In this document: positions 1 to 7,941 of the stretch, one piece after another
Position numbering within the stretch: the stretch's first letter is position 1
Layout of the letters: each line of letters opens with the position of its first letter
IMG/VR virus record: IMGVR_UViG_3300042465_005697
Location: 92,280 to 149,690 of that record
From: a virus
Lineage: Duplodnaviria > Heunggongvirae > Uroviricota > Caudoviricetes
Strand: one strand, 5' to 3'
Length of the DNA: 57,411 nt
Translations under genes and position numbers: made by a program
The notes under the pieces: generated by a model
What the model saw: only the letters and a program-made list of their open reading frames with translations
The model's database searches: none
What the model was told of the DNA's origin: nothing

Positions 1-1542
1 TATAATGGTGGTACTGAACAAACACCAGTAAATGATTATGTTGGTAATGGTACTCACTACAAACCAGTTGGAGCACCTGATGGTCCTAGTGTTGATGGTA
101 CAGGTAACACAGGTATTGGAGCTGGTTACTCACCAAACGCAGGTGCATATACAAAAAACCTTTATGATTTATTCTATGAAGGTTCTGAAGGTCAATTAGA
201 TCCTCCAGGATTGTTTGATTACTCAAAAGGTAAATGGTCGGCAATCACTACTGATGCAACTATGTTACAATGGGTTAACGGAACTATTGATAACGGACTT
301 AATATTACTGAAACAACTAACGTTAGAAAAGTAATTGTTAAAATGTGTGGTTTCAGAGATCTTGGTGTTGGTAAATTAATCGGACCTGATGGAAATGAGA
401 TTGATACTGAAAGTTTCTTATCTGACTTAAGAGTATTCCAAAAAACAGGTGATGGATTATCGGCTTCAACAACACCTTGTAATGTATTGAGAGATACAAA
501 TGGTGATCCTAATTCTTTATTATTTAGAGTTGTAACTCAACAATATGGTAAAGGTATTGTTGCTCCAACATCTAACCAACAAGGTACTAGTTTCCCAAGT
601 ACGGGTAATGGTGGATCTTACAATAATATCTGTTCTCAAGATGGTTGTATCTATCTTGAAGTAGATTTATCTTGTCCAGCATGTGTTACTTGTGGTGAGA
701 CTATGGATGGTTACACAGGAACTACAATTTTTTCTGCGGCATCTGCAACATCATTCTCAACTGTTTATAGATCATACGCTAATATGGAATTTGAAGACCA
801 AATTGGTGAGGTTTCTTTTGACTTAGAGTCTGTAACAGTTTCTGTAACTGAAAGAAAATTAAGAGCACAATGGTCTCCAGAAATGGCACAAGACGTTGCG
901 GCATTCCACAACATTGATGCTGAAGCTGAATTAACGGCTTTATTATCAGAACAAGTTGCGGCTGAAATTGACCGTGAGATCCTTCGTGACTTACGTAAAG
1001 GTGCGGCTTGGAACTTACGTTGGGATTATAATGGATGGAGAAGATTGTCTTTAACAACTTCTTACACTCAAAAAGATTGGAATCAAACTTTGATTACTGC
1101 GATCAACCAATTGTCAGCACAAATCCACAAATCTACATTGAGAGGTGGAGCTAACTGGATCGTTGTTTCTTCTGAGATTTCTGCAATCTTTGATGATTTA
1201 GAATACTTCCACGTATCTAATGCGTCTCCTGAACAAGACCAATACAATATGGGTATTGAAAGAGTTGGGACATTAGCAGGACGTTACCAAGTTTTCCGTG
1301 ACCCTTACTTCCCACCAAACACAGTTTTGTTAGGACATAAAGGAACGTCATTGTTAGACACAGGTTACATCTACGCACCGTATGTACCATTACAATTAAC
1401 ACCTACAATGTACAATCCGTTCAACTTTACTCCGATTAAAGGAATAATGACGAGATATGCGAAGAAAATGGTCAACAACAGGTTTTATGGCCGCATTACC
1501 GTTGATGGTGTTCGTACATTCGATTTAAGAGAATTGAGATAA
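1..1542 (+). CDS. gp23: Major capsid protein, T4 gp23 family (5' partial; frame is open from base 1)
   Basis: Frame 1 has no stop from base 1 (YNGGTEQ...) to TAA at 1540-1542. Contains gp23 signatures RKLRAQWSPEMAQDVAAFHNIDAEAELTALLSEQVAAEIDREI, YIYAPYVPLQ and GIMTRYA. Confidence 0.95.
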   Translation, partial: YNGGTEQTPVNDYVGNGTHYKPVGAPDGPSVDGTGNTGIGAGYSPNAGAYTKNLYDLFYEGSEGQLDPPGLFDYSKGKWSAITTDATMLQWVNGTIDNGLNITETTNVRKVIVKMCGFRDLGVGKLIGPDGNEIDTESFLSDLRVFQKTGDGLSASTTPCNVLRDTNGDPNSLLFRVVTQQYGKGIVAPTSNQQGTSFPSTGNGGSYNNICSQDGCIYLEVDLSCPACVTCGETMDGYTGTTIFSAASATSFSTVYRSYANMEFEDQIGEVSFDLESVTVSVTERKLRAQWSPEMAQDVAAFHNIDAEAELTALLSEQVAAEIDREILRDLRKGAAWNLRWDYNGWRRLSLTTSYTQKDWNQTLITAINQLSAQIHKSTLRGGANWIVVSSEISAIFDDLEYFHVSNASPEQDQYNMGIERVGTLAGRYQVFRDPYFPPNTVLLGHKGTSLLDTGYIYAPYVPLQLTPTMYNPFNFTPIKGIMTRYAKKMVNNRFYGRITVDGVRTFDLRELR

Positions 1543-1566
1543 TCAAAACCTTAATAAATTACCCTC

Positions 1567-1596
1567 AAAGGAGACAAGAAATTGTCTCCTTTTTTT
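1567..1596 (+). terminator. Rho-independent terminator after the capsid gene
   Basis: Perfect stem aaaggagacaa-gaaa-ttgtctccttt running into a T tract. Confidence 0.9.
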
Positions 1597-1638
1597 ATTT
1601 AAATTAAATAACAATTGATTTTTTGGTTGAATGTTGTA

Positions 1639-1646
1639 TATTTATA
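1639..1646 (+). promoter_or_regulatory. TATTTATA motif (putative phage late promoter)
   Basis: 3 nt upstream of ATG 1650; one of 15 gene-oriented copies. Confidence 0.55.
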
Positions 1647-1649
1647 ATT

Positions 1650-2336
1650 ATGAAGAAATATATTCCATCACAAAAAGAAATAGATGTTATTCTTAAGATG
1701 TACAATGAGGATTTAATTGGGAGTCAAACAATATCTGAAAAATTAGGATTAAACAAACAACAAATATTAAGAATACTTAAAGAAAATGGTGTTATTCTTG
1801 GACCATCCGGTAGGAGAAATATTGGAGGTAGAAAAGTTTCTATAAAAAAATACGAATCAAAACCTGAAACAAAAAAAAGAAAAAGTGAAAATCACAAAAA
1901 ATGGGCAGAACAAAATAAAGAACATTTAAATAAATACATTAAAGAATACCGAGAAAAAAATATTGATAAAATTAGAAAGACAAAACGTGATTATCAACAA
2001 CATCTTAGAGATACTGACCCCACCTATAAATTAATCTCTTATTTCAGAACCGCAATATATCAGGTATTAAAGGAGAGTAATGTGGAGAAGAACAAACATT
2101 ATTTTGATGTATTACAATACACACCTAAACAATTAATAGAGCATTTAGAATTACAATTCACAGATGGTATGACATGGGATAATTATGGTGAGTGGCACGT
2201 TGACCACATTAAACCAATTTCGTCTTTTAACATAATAGAAATGGGTGACAATGAATTTATGAAATGTTGGTGTTTGAATAATCTCCAACCAATGTGGGGT
2301 GAGGAAAATATTCGTAAATCTAATAAAGTAGTATAA
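1650..2336 (+). CDS. Free-standing HNH-type endonuclease with N-terminal HTH and basic linker
   Basis: HVDHIKPISSF...CWCLNNLQPMWGEENIRKSNK. N-terminus GSQTISEKLGLNKQQILRIL is HTH-like. ATG 1650 preferred over the track's TTG 1623. Confidence 0.8.
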   Translation: MKKYIPSQKEIDVILKMYNEDLIGSQTISEKLGLNKQQILRILKENGVILGPSGRRNIGGRKVSIKKYESKPETKKRKSENHKKWAEQNKEHLNKYIKEYREKNIDKIRKTKRDYQQHLRDTDPTYKLISYFRTAIYQVLKESNVEKNKHYFDVLQYTPKQLIEHLELQFTDGMTWDNYGEWHVDHIKPISSFNIIEMGDNEFMKCWCLNNLQPMWGEENIRKSNKVV

Positions 2337-2405
2337 ATGATAATTAAATGTGATAATTTATTCATCTATTATGGTAATTTATTGTTTATCTTATTTAACA
2401 TCATA

Positions 2406-2413
2406 TATTTATT
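2406..2413 (+). promoter_or_regulatory. TATTTATT motif
   Basis: 14 nt upstream of ATG 2428. Confidence 0.45.
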
Positions 2414-2427
2414 TAAAAACACATATT

Positions 2428-3549
2428 ATGAAAAAACACATTTTAACTTTAATTTTAGGTCTTTTTACTTTTATGGGTATTGGTCAAACAATATTATATA
2501 ATGATAATTGTGAGACCATAGGATATAATTGGTATGGATATCCAACAAATCCACAATTCCCTAGTGTTTATTCCACGTATTTTGGTGGAACCACTACGAT
2601 AGATGATAGACCTCAAAATAAACCTCTATATGTTAGTAACTCAACTTCATTTGGGTTATATGGTCTTGGGGATAATACTTCAGGGTCAGAATTTGAAAGA
2701 TATCAGTTACCTAACATCACAGGGTTAAGTCTGTCAAAAGTTTATAGGTTTAGTTTTAAATTGATGGCATATGCTGAGAACTTTTCAGGATTTAATGGTA
2801 GTGGTTTAGATGTATCAGATTCCGTTACTGTGAGAGTTTCAGTAAATAATGGACCCTATGTTATTGAATCTATAATCAAAGGATGGTCTAATTCTTATTG
2901 GAGTTTTGATGCCACTGGTGTAATTAACGAATCCGCAAATGGGTTACCAAATATATATAGACCTATAACAGGTGGTAATCAAGAAACAACAGGTTTTGGA
3001 TTTTCAACTTATAATCTAACAATCACAAATATCACTCAGATTCGAGTTAGAATTGATATGAGATCTAATTATGGTGGACTTAACTATGGTGAGTGGTGGG
3101 TCATTGATGATATGAAATTAATTGAAGAGTCGGCACTCCCAATTGAACTACTATCATTTGAAGGTTCCAAAAAAGAAGAATATAACGTATTAAAGTGGCA
3201 AACGGCATCTGAACATAACAATAGTCATTTTATTTTGGAGAGATCAGTTACGGGTGATTACACAGAGAAGGATGTTATAAATGTTGTTAATGGTGCTGGT
3301 AATAGTACTCAATTACTTGATTATGATTTTGTGGATACGGATGCTCCTGAATCAATTAATTATTATAGATTAACTCAAGTTGATTATGATGGTAATTTTA
3401 AACAGTATGGTCCAATATCAATTGATAATAGGGTAACAAGAAACATTGTTAAGTATTTTAATATAATGGGACAAGAAGTTAATGAATATGATAGGGGATT
3501 AATTATCCTACAATATGAGGATGGGACAGTAGAAAAGGTGATTAGATAA
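2428..3549 (+). CDS. Secreted Bacteroidota-type protein with signal peptide and T9SS-cargo-like C-terminal domains
   Basis: Signal peptide MKKHILTLILGLFTFMGIG followed by Q. LPIELLSFEG...LKWQTASEHNNSHFILERS...NYYRLTQVDYDG domain. CTD-like tail YFNIMGQEV...GLIILQYEDGTVEKVIR. Confidence 0.75.
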   Translation: MKKHILTLILGLFTFMGIGQTILYNDNCETIGYNWYGYPTNPQFPSVYSTYFGGTTTIDDRPQNKPLYVSNSTSFGLYGLGDNTSGSEFERYQLPNITGLSLSKVYRFSFKLMAYAENFSGFNGSGLDVSDSVTVRVSVNNGPYVIESIIKGWSNSYWSFDATGVINESANGLPNIYRPITGGNQETTGFGFSTYNLTITNITQIRVRIDMRSNYGGLNYGEWWVIDDMKLIEESALPIELLSFEGSKKEEYNVLKWQTASEHNNSHFILERSVTGDYTEKDVINVVNGAGNSTQLLDYDFVDTDAPESINYYRLTQVDYDGNFKQYGPISIDNRVTRNIVKYFNIMGQEVNEYDRGLIILQYEDGTVEKVIR

Positions 3550-3559
3550 TTACCTTTTT

Positions 3560-3775
3560 TTATTTAGATAAAACTCTAATTGATTTTGATATAATTTCTG
3601 ATTCACCTATACTAAAGGCACCTCTTTTATGTGCCGATTTTACTGCTTCAACCAAATAATATATTGAGTGTTCTTTATCCATAGTTGATAATAGTAGATC
3701 TAAATGATCTTCAGTTAATAAATTAATTGTTCCGAATAGGTTACCGAATAACTCTTCTTTTTTTTCTTCTTCCAT
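3560..3775 (-). CDS. Small hypothetical protein
   Basis: Clean ORF filling the gap between two plus-strand genes; ATG at 3775 (track uses TTG 3781). Confidence 0.65.
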   Translation of the reverse strand: MEEEKKEELFGNLFGTINLLTEDHLDLLLSTMDKEHSIYYLVEAVKSAHKRGAFSIGESEIISKSIRVLSK

Positions 3776-3790
3776 TTCCAAAATATTTGA

Positions 3791-3798
3791 TATTTATA
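3791..3798 (+). promoter_or_regulatory. TATTTATA motif
   Basis: 21 nt upstream of ATG 3820. Confidence 0.5.
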
Positions 3799-3819
3799 AT
3801 AGTAAGTAATTATTTGATA

Positions 3820-4509
3820 ATGTTAAAGGATATCATAAAAAAAGTATTAAGGGAAGCAACTTCTGAATCGGGAAGTAGGGGGTCATATGTTGCACCACTA
3901 CAACCGGGTATTAGAATCTTCAAGAAGAACGAAATGGGACCGTTTACAATACCCGTTTCCAAATATGATAGTCCTATGTTAGAATTTGATAGTTATGACG
4001 GGAAAATGGACGAAACGAAGAAACAAATCAAGAAGATAGAATCTAAGGCTAAGAAAGTTTCCAATTATATTAAAAATCATCCAGAATCAACTAATAGTGA
4101 TGATGATGGTAACAGTATTAATCAAACTCCTGGTAAAAATTTAAAGATAGTTCCAATCAAAGAAGATTTGGGGGTTTGGTTTGGTACAAAGAAAAAACCA
4201 AAAGGATCTACACAACCAAAAGGACCGTGGGTTAATATTTGTCGTAAAAAAGAGGGTGGTGGTCATCCCCCTTGTGGTAGACCTGATGCTGATCCAAAAG
4301 GATATCCTAAATGTAGAGCAAAGAGTGTTGCCTCTAAAATGACTGATAATCAAAAAAGAAATGCGTGTTCTCAAAAGAGGAGGGAAGAAAAGAAGGATAA
4401 TCAAACGGGTAAGGGACAAAAACCTGTTATGACATCATATAAAACAAAAAAGGAATCAATTGACTCCTTGGTTGGTAAGATTATATCAGAGATTAGAAAT
4501 TTTATCTAA
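3820..4509 (+). CDS. Hypothetical protein, putative protease-processed internal head protein with a basic Cys-containing C-terminal domain
   Basis: Starts MLKDIIKKVLRE|A and has an internal PIKE|D. C-terminal EDLGVWFG...WVNICRK...PPCGR...YPKCRA domain is very basic. Confidence 0.6.
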   Translation: MLKDIIKKVLREATSESGSRGSYVAPLQPGIRIFKKNEMGPFTIPVSKYDSPMLEFDSYDGKMDETKKQIKKIESKAKKVSNYIKNHPESTNSDDDGNSINQTPGKNLKIVPIKEDLGVWFGTKKKPKGSTQPKGPWVNICRKKEGGGHPPCGRPDADPKGYPKCRAKSVASKMTDNQKRNACSQKRREEKKDNQTGKGQKPVMTSYKTKKESIDSLVGKIISEIRNFI

Positions 4510-4908
4510 TACATCGGTCAAAGAGTTTTTTATCTGAGAATTTACCTGAGTTTCCATATCAATTCTACGTTTATCGGTTTCTTTATCAAATATAAAATTT
4601 AATCTTGTCCAATCTCTATCGCTTAATTTTACGTTATAGTGGTATACGTGGTTTGTGATATCAACTCTACGATCAGAAAATGTAATGAAAATATCTAATT
4701 CATCATTTTTTAAATATTTTTTATCTGATAGGGGGGCAATCATAAAATCTGTGGATTTATGATTAATAATTTTTAAACAAATTTTAAAACAAGTTTTCTC
4801 ATAAGAAGAAACATCTTCTTTATATGTTGGTATTATTTTGGATCTTTGTGACCACAAAAAAAACTTCATTTTTAATCTTTTAAAAAATCTTATAATTCGT
4901 ATTCTCAT
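4486..4908 (-). CDS. Hypothetical protein
   Basis: 140-aa ORF with normal composition, preceded by a host-type promoter-like motif; start position uncertain. Confidence 0.6.
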   Translation of the reverse strand: MRIRIIRFFKRLKMKFFLWSQRSKIIPTYKEDVSSYEKTCFKICLKIINHKSTDFMIAPLSDKKYLKNDELDIFITFSDRRVDITNHVYHYNVKLSDRDWTRLNFIFDKETDKRRIDMETQVNSQIKNSLTDVLDKISNL

Positions 4909-4924
4909 TTTTACTATTTTTATG

Positions 4925-4956
4925 TAAAGATAAGTAAGTTTTTTTAATAAGACAAA
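4925..4956 (-). promoter_or_regulatory. Bacteroidota sigmaA-like promoter (TTTG-N20-TATCTTTA)
   Basis: Minus strand reads TTTG (4956-4953), 20-nt spacer, TATCTTTA (4932-4925): one mismatch from the TTTG/TAnnTTTG consensus. Confidence 0.4.
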
Positions 4957-4961
4957 TTATT

Positions 4962-5486
4962 TTAACAATAAGCACCTGAACAATGTCTTTTACCGTCAAG
5001 ACCTTTAATTTTTCCTTTACATACTTGAACCGCATGACCATTACTATATGCACTTGGAAATACGTCATATTTAGCCTTAGCTGATGCTAATCCTCTTGCA
5101 CAAAGTTTTGTTCCTGTTTTTTTTCTACCCTCATTCATTTGGTACATTGCCAATGCCTTATCAGGGTCTTTTTCAGTCATTGCCAAATCATCAATTATAT
5201 TATCATCATCTTCCATCATTTCACCACTTTCGGTTTCATTCATTAAGAAATCAAATACTTGATCCATATTGTTCTTTGCTTCAGAGATATGATCTTGAGC
5301 CCAATCGTGACCGTTCTCCAATATAGATTCCACCTTAGATTGGTCCATATCTAACAACATTTCACATTGTCTTTTCATTTGTTCAAGATTTGAGAAGAAC
5401 ATATATCTACTAGACTCTTGTTCATTAATAACTCGTTTAATGATTCTACTTAAATCTGATTCGTTTAATTTAATTATTCTTTCCAT
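4962..5486 (-). CDS. Putative internal head protein with I/L-x-E propeptides and basic C-terminal domain
   Basis: MERIIKLNE|SDLSRIIKRVINE|Q start; C-terminal KLCARGLASAKAKYDVFPSAYSNGHAVQVCKG. Confidence 0.6.
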   Translation of the reverse strand: MERIIKLNESDLSRIIKRVINEQESSRYMFFSNLEQMKRQCEMLLDMDQSKVESILENGHDWAQDHISEAKNNMDQVFDFLMNETESGEMMEDDDNIIDDLAMTEKDPDKALAMYQMNEGRKKTGTKLCARGLASAKAKYDVFPSAYSNGHAVQVCKGKIKGLDGKRHCSGAYC

Positions 5487-5489
5487 CTT

Positions 5490-5879
5490 TTAGTTATTTA
5501 ATCCGTTAGGACCACCTAATGCGATCATATTTAATTCTGTTACTTGTGTTCCATAACCATCTGTCCATTCAGGGTGTGGTGGTATAAAGGTTGTTACTGT
5601 TGTTCCTGAAACATCACACGTTTCTTGACAAATAGTTACTTCTGTTCCCGCACTTCTTGGTGGTTCAACACAACTCGTACAACCTGTGTATTCTACACTC
5701 AAAGAATCTATTGTGTCGATTGTAGATTCTTCACTTTCAGAATCAACTAAAAAACATCCAGGATTTGTTGTTCCGGTGAATGTTATATAATATGTTGAAC
5801 CTGTGTTAGCAGTAAATGATCCCGAATCAACAACAATTTGTCCCGTACCATCACAAGGTGTTAATGATATAATTGCCAT
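5490..5879 (-). CDS. Small Cys-rich structural protein, paralogue of the upstream 676-aa protein
   Basis: One CxxC module plus a C-terminal PPHPEWTDGYGTQVTELNMIALGGPNGLNN shared with 5911..7941. Confidence 0.7.
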   Translation of the reverse strand: MAIISLTPCDGTGQIVVDSGSFTANTGSTYYITFTGTTNPGCFLVDSESEESTIDTIDSLSVEYTGCTSCVEPPRSAGTEVTICQETCDVSGTTVTTFIPPHPEWTDGYGTQVTELNMIALGGPNGLNN

Positions 5880-5896
5880 AATAATTTTTTTTTATT

Positions 5897-5904
5897 TATA
5901 AATA
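5897..5904 (-). promoter_or_regulatory. TATTTATA motif (within palindrome TATTTATAAATA at 5893-5904)
   Basis: 17 nt upstream of ATG 5879. Confidence 0.5.
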
Positions 5905-5910
5905 TCTCGT

Positions 5911-7941
5911 TTAATTATTTAATCCGTCTGGACCACCCAAAGTTATCATATTTAATTGTGTAACTGCGGTTCCGTATGCGTCCGTCCATACTGGATGGGG
6001 TGGGGATACTTGTGTTACCGTTGTTCCACTTGGACCACAAACTTCAATACATAATAATGTTTCAGGTCCGGCATTTCTTGGGAATCTAGTATTAGCAAAA
6101 GTGCAAGTATCACAATTTAAATAAAATGAATAAGGGGTAATAGTTGGGTAATCACCCGGTAAAGGACAAGTATTTAATATAGTACTACACTTATCGTATT
6201 GGTACAAGGTATATGTGTTTAAACCCAAATTATATACGTATTCGTACCAAATATTGAAAGGAAGTGATACATACGAATTAATTGATGAATTACATTCTTT
6301 AACGCTTAAATTGATTGTAGTTGTTGAATCACAAGTTTCACAATCAGAATATGATATTGTATCGTCAGTTTTATAAATATTACCGATATAATAATGTTGT
6401 AATGGGTCATAAACATCCGTTAATGTTGCGCAAGCAAAATCTGATGTCCCATATTTTAATTTAACTATATCGCCCTGACCAAACCCAACTGGAGTTATTA
6501 CCACAATTGTCTCCCGTGTTAAACAAGTCTCGGCAACCCAAACAAAATAACCGTTTTCACATTCAGCACATCCGTTATATGTGTTAAAACTATAATAATA
6601 TTGATTTGGGGTACCACCACCAATACCTTTTATTTTGCAACAAATGTTTAATGTTGGATTGTAAAATGTTGTATTAATAATACCATCATAATAGTAGTAA
6701 CTATAAATATATCCTGTTGATCCAACTTCGGTAACTGTTATTTCTATAATATCTTCTGCAGTACCACCAAAGTCTGTACCATATAATGTTATTGTGTCAC
6801 CAACATTATATCCGTAACCTCCTGATTGGGTACTCACAATGGATACTAATCCACCGCTTACATTAATGTAGAATAACACATATTCGCCATTACCATCAGT
6901 TGTCCCTGTTATAGAATAATAATCACCATCAGTTAATGTACCTGTTGTTGCAGTATACGTAAAAATAGTGACAGGACCTGTAGCATCACAGGTGGCATAT
7001 TCATAAACTATACCATTACATTGTATACAGGATTCGCAATCAGGTGTAACATCGTAATTTAAAAATTCTGTGGTTACCGTAACTCCGGATTCTGTTAAAT
7101 CCCCTATTAAATAACAAGAACCATCAATTGATAAATTTGATGCGTCTCCGTAATCAAAAAATAACGAAGCCCATGCAACCTCAACATCCCCTGTTGAACA
7201 ATTTGTAATTATTCTTTTATCAGAAACAATGTCTTGACAATCCTGACATTGTTGATCACTTTCAAAAACCCCTAAATCAGCAACAAATGTTGAGTTATAT
7301 TCGAAAGGTAACACTGACCCCACGACCCCACAAAATTGATCACCAATATCATTGACAAAGGTAATTATATGACCTTCTAATATTGCGGGTAAACTCACAT
7401 AATATACACCTGAAGTTAAACACTCAACAACCTCATAAACCAAATTATTTGATTGATAACACTCGGAACAACCCGTATATGTTGTTAATGAAATACTGTT
7501 AATAACCGATAAATCGTCAACCGTAATTTGATCATTAAAAACACCAAAACTTCTAATTGTAAAACAATCTGTAAATGTTCTTTCACTTCCAGATGGTATC
7601 AGTGAAATATAAATAGAGTCACCTATGTTTGAACCCACAGGTAAATCAGAAACACTAATTGCGTATGTAGATGCACGACTATAACATGATTCAACAATAA
7701 CATAATCATTATTATCTATTAAACATTCCGAACAATCAAAATACTCAACAAATGTATGAGTTGGGGTACTACCCGGACGAATTGATCCCACAACCACACA
7801 AAACTTTTTTATTGGTGACGATATGTCGGTAATATATACTGTGTCCCCCGAGGTTATTGCCGATAATGTATCATCCACATTTACAGTTAATGATAATTGA
7901 CCATCACATTGTTTACCACTAAAGCTTATTAAATTTGCCAT
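5911..7941 (-). CDS. Cys-rich repetitive structural protein (fibre or appendage)
   Basis: Repeated modules ending in CxxC (FDCSEC, YTGCSEC, QQCQDC, PDCESC, YNGCAEC, YSDCETC, YLNCDTC); Thr/Ser/Gly rich. Confidence 0.7.
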   Translation of the reverse strand: MANLISFSGKQCDGQLSLTVNVDDTLSAITSGDTVYITDISSPIKKFCVVVGSIRPGSTPTHTFVEYFDCSECLIDNNDYVIVESCYSRASTYAISVSDLPVGSNIGDSIYISLIPSGSERTFTDCFTIRSFGVFNDQITVDDLSVINSISLTTYTGCSECYQSNNLVYEVVECLTSGVYYVSLPAILEGHIITFVNDIGDQFCGVVGSVLPFEYNSTFVADLGVFESDQQCQDCQDIVSDKRIITNCSTGDVEVAWASLFFDYGDASNLSIDGSCYLIGDLTESGVTVTTEFLNYDVTPDCESCIQCNGIVYEYATCDATGPVTIFTYTATTGTLTDGDYYSITGTTDGNGEYVLFYINVSGGLVSIVSTQSGGYGYNVGDTITLYGTDFGGTAEDIIEITVTEVGSTGYIYSYYYYDGIINTTFYNPTLNICCKIKGIGGGTPNQYYYSFNTYNGCAECENGYFVWVAETCLTRETIVVITPVGFGQGDIVKLKYGTSDFACATLTDVYDPLQHYYIGNIYKTDDTISYSDCETCDSTTTINLSVKECNSSINSYVSLPFNIWYEYVYNLGLNTYTLYQYDKCSTILNTCPLPGDYPTITPYSFYLNCDTCTFANTRFPRNAGPETLLCIEVCGPSGTTVTQVSPPHPVWTDAYGTAVTQLNMITLGGPDGLNN

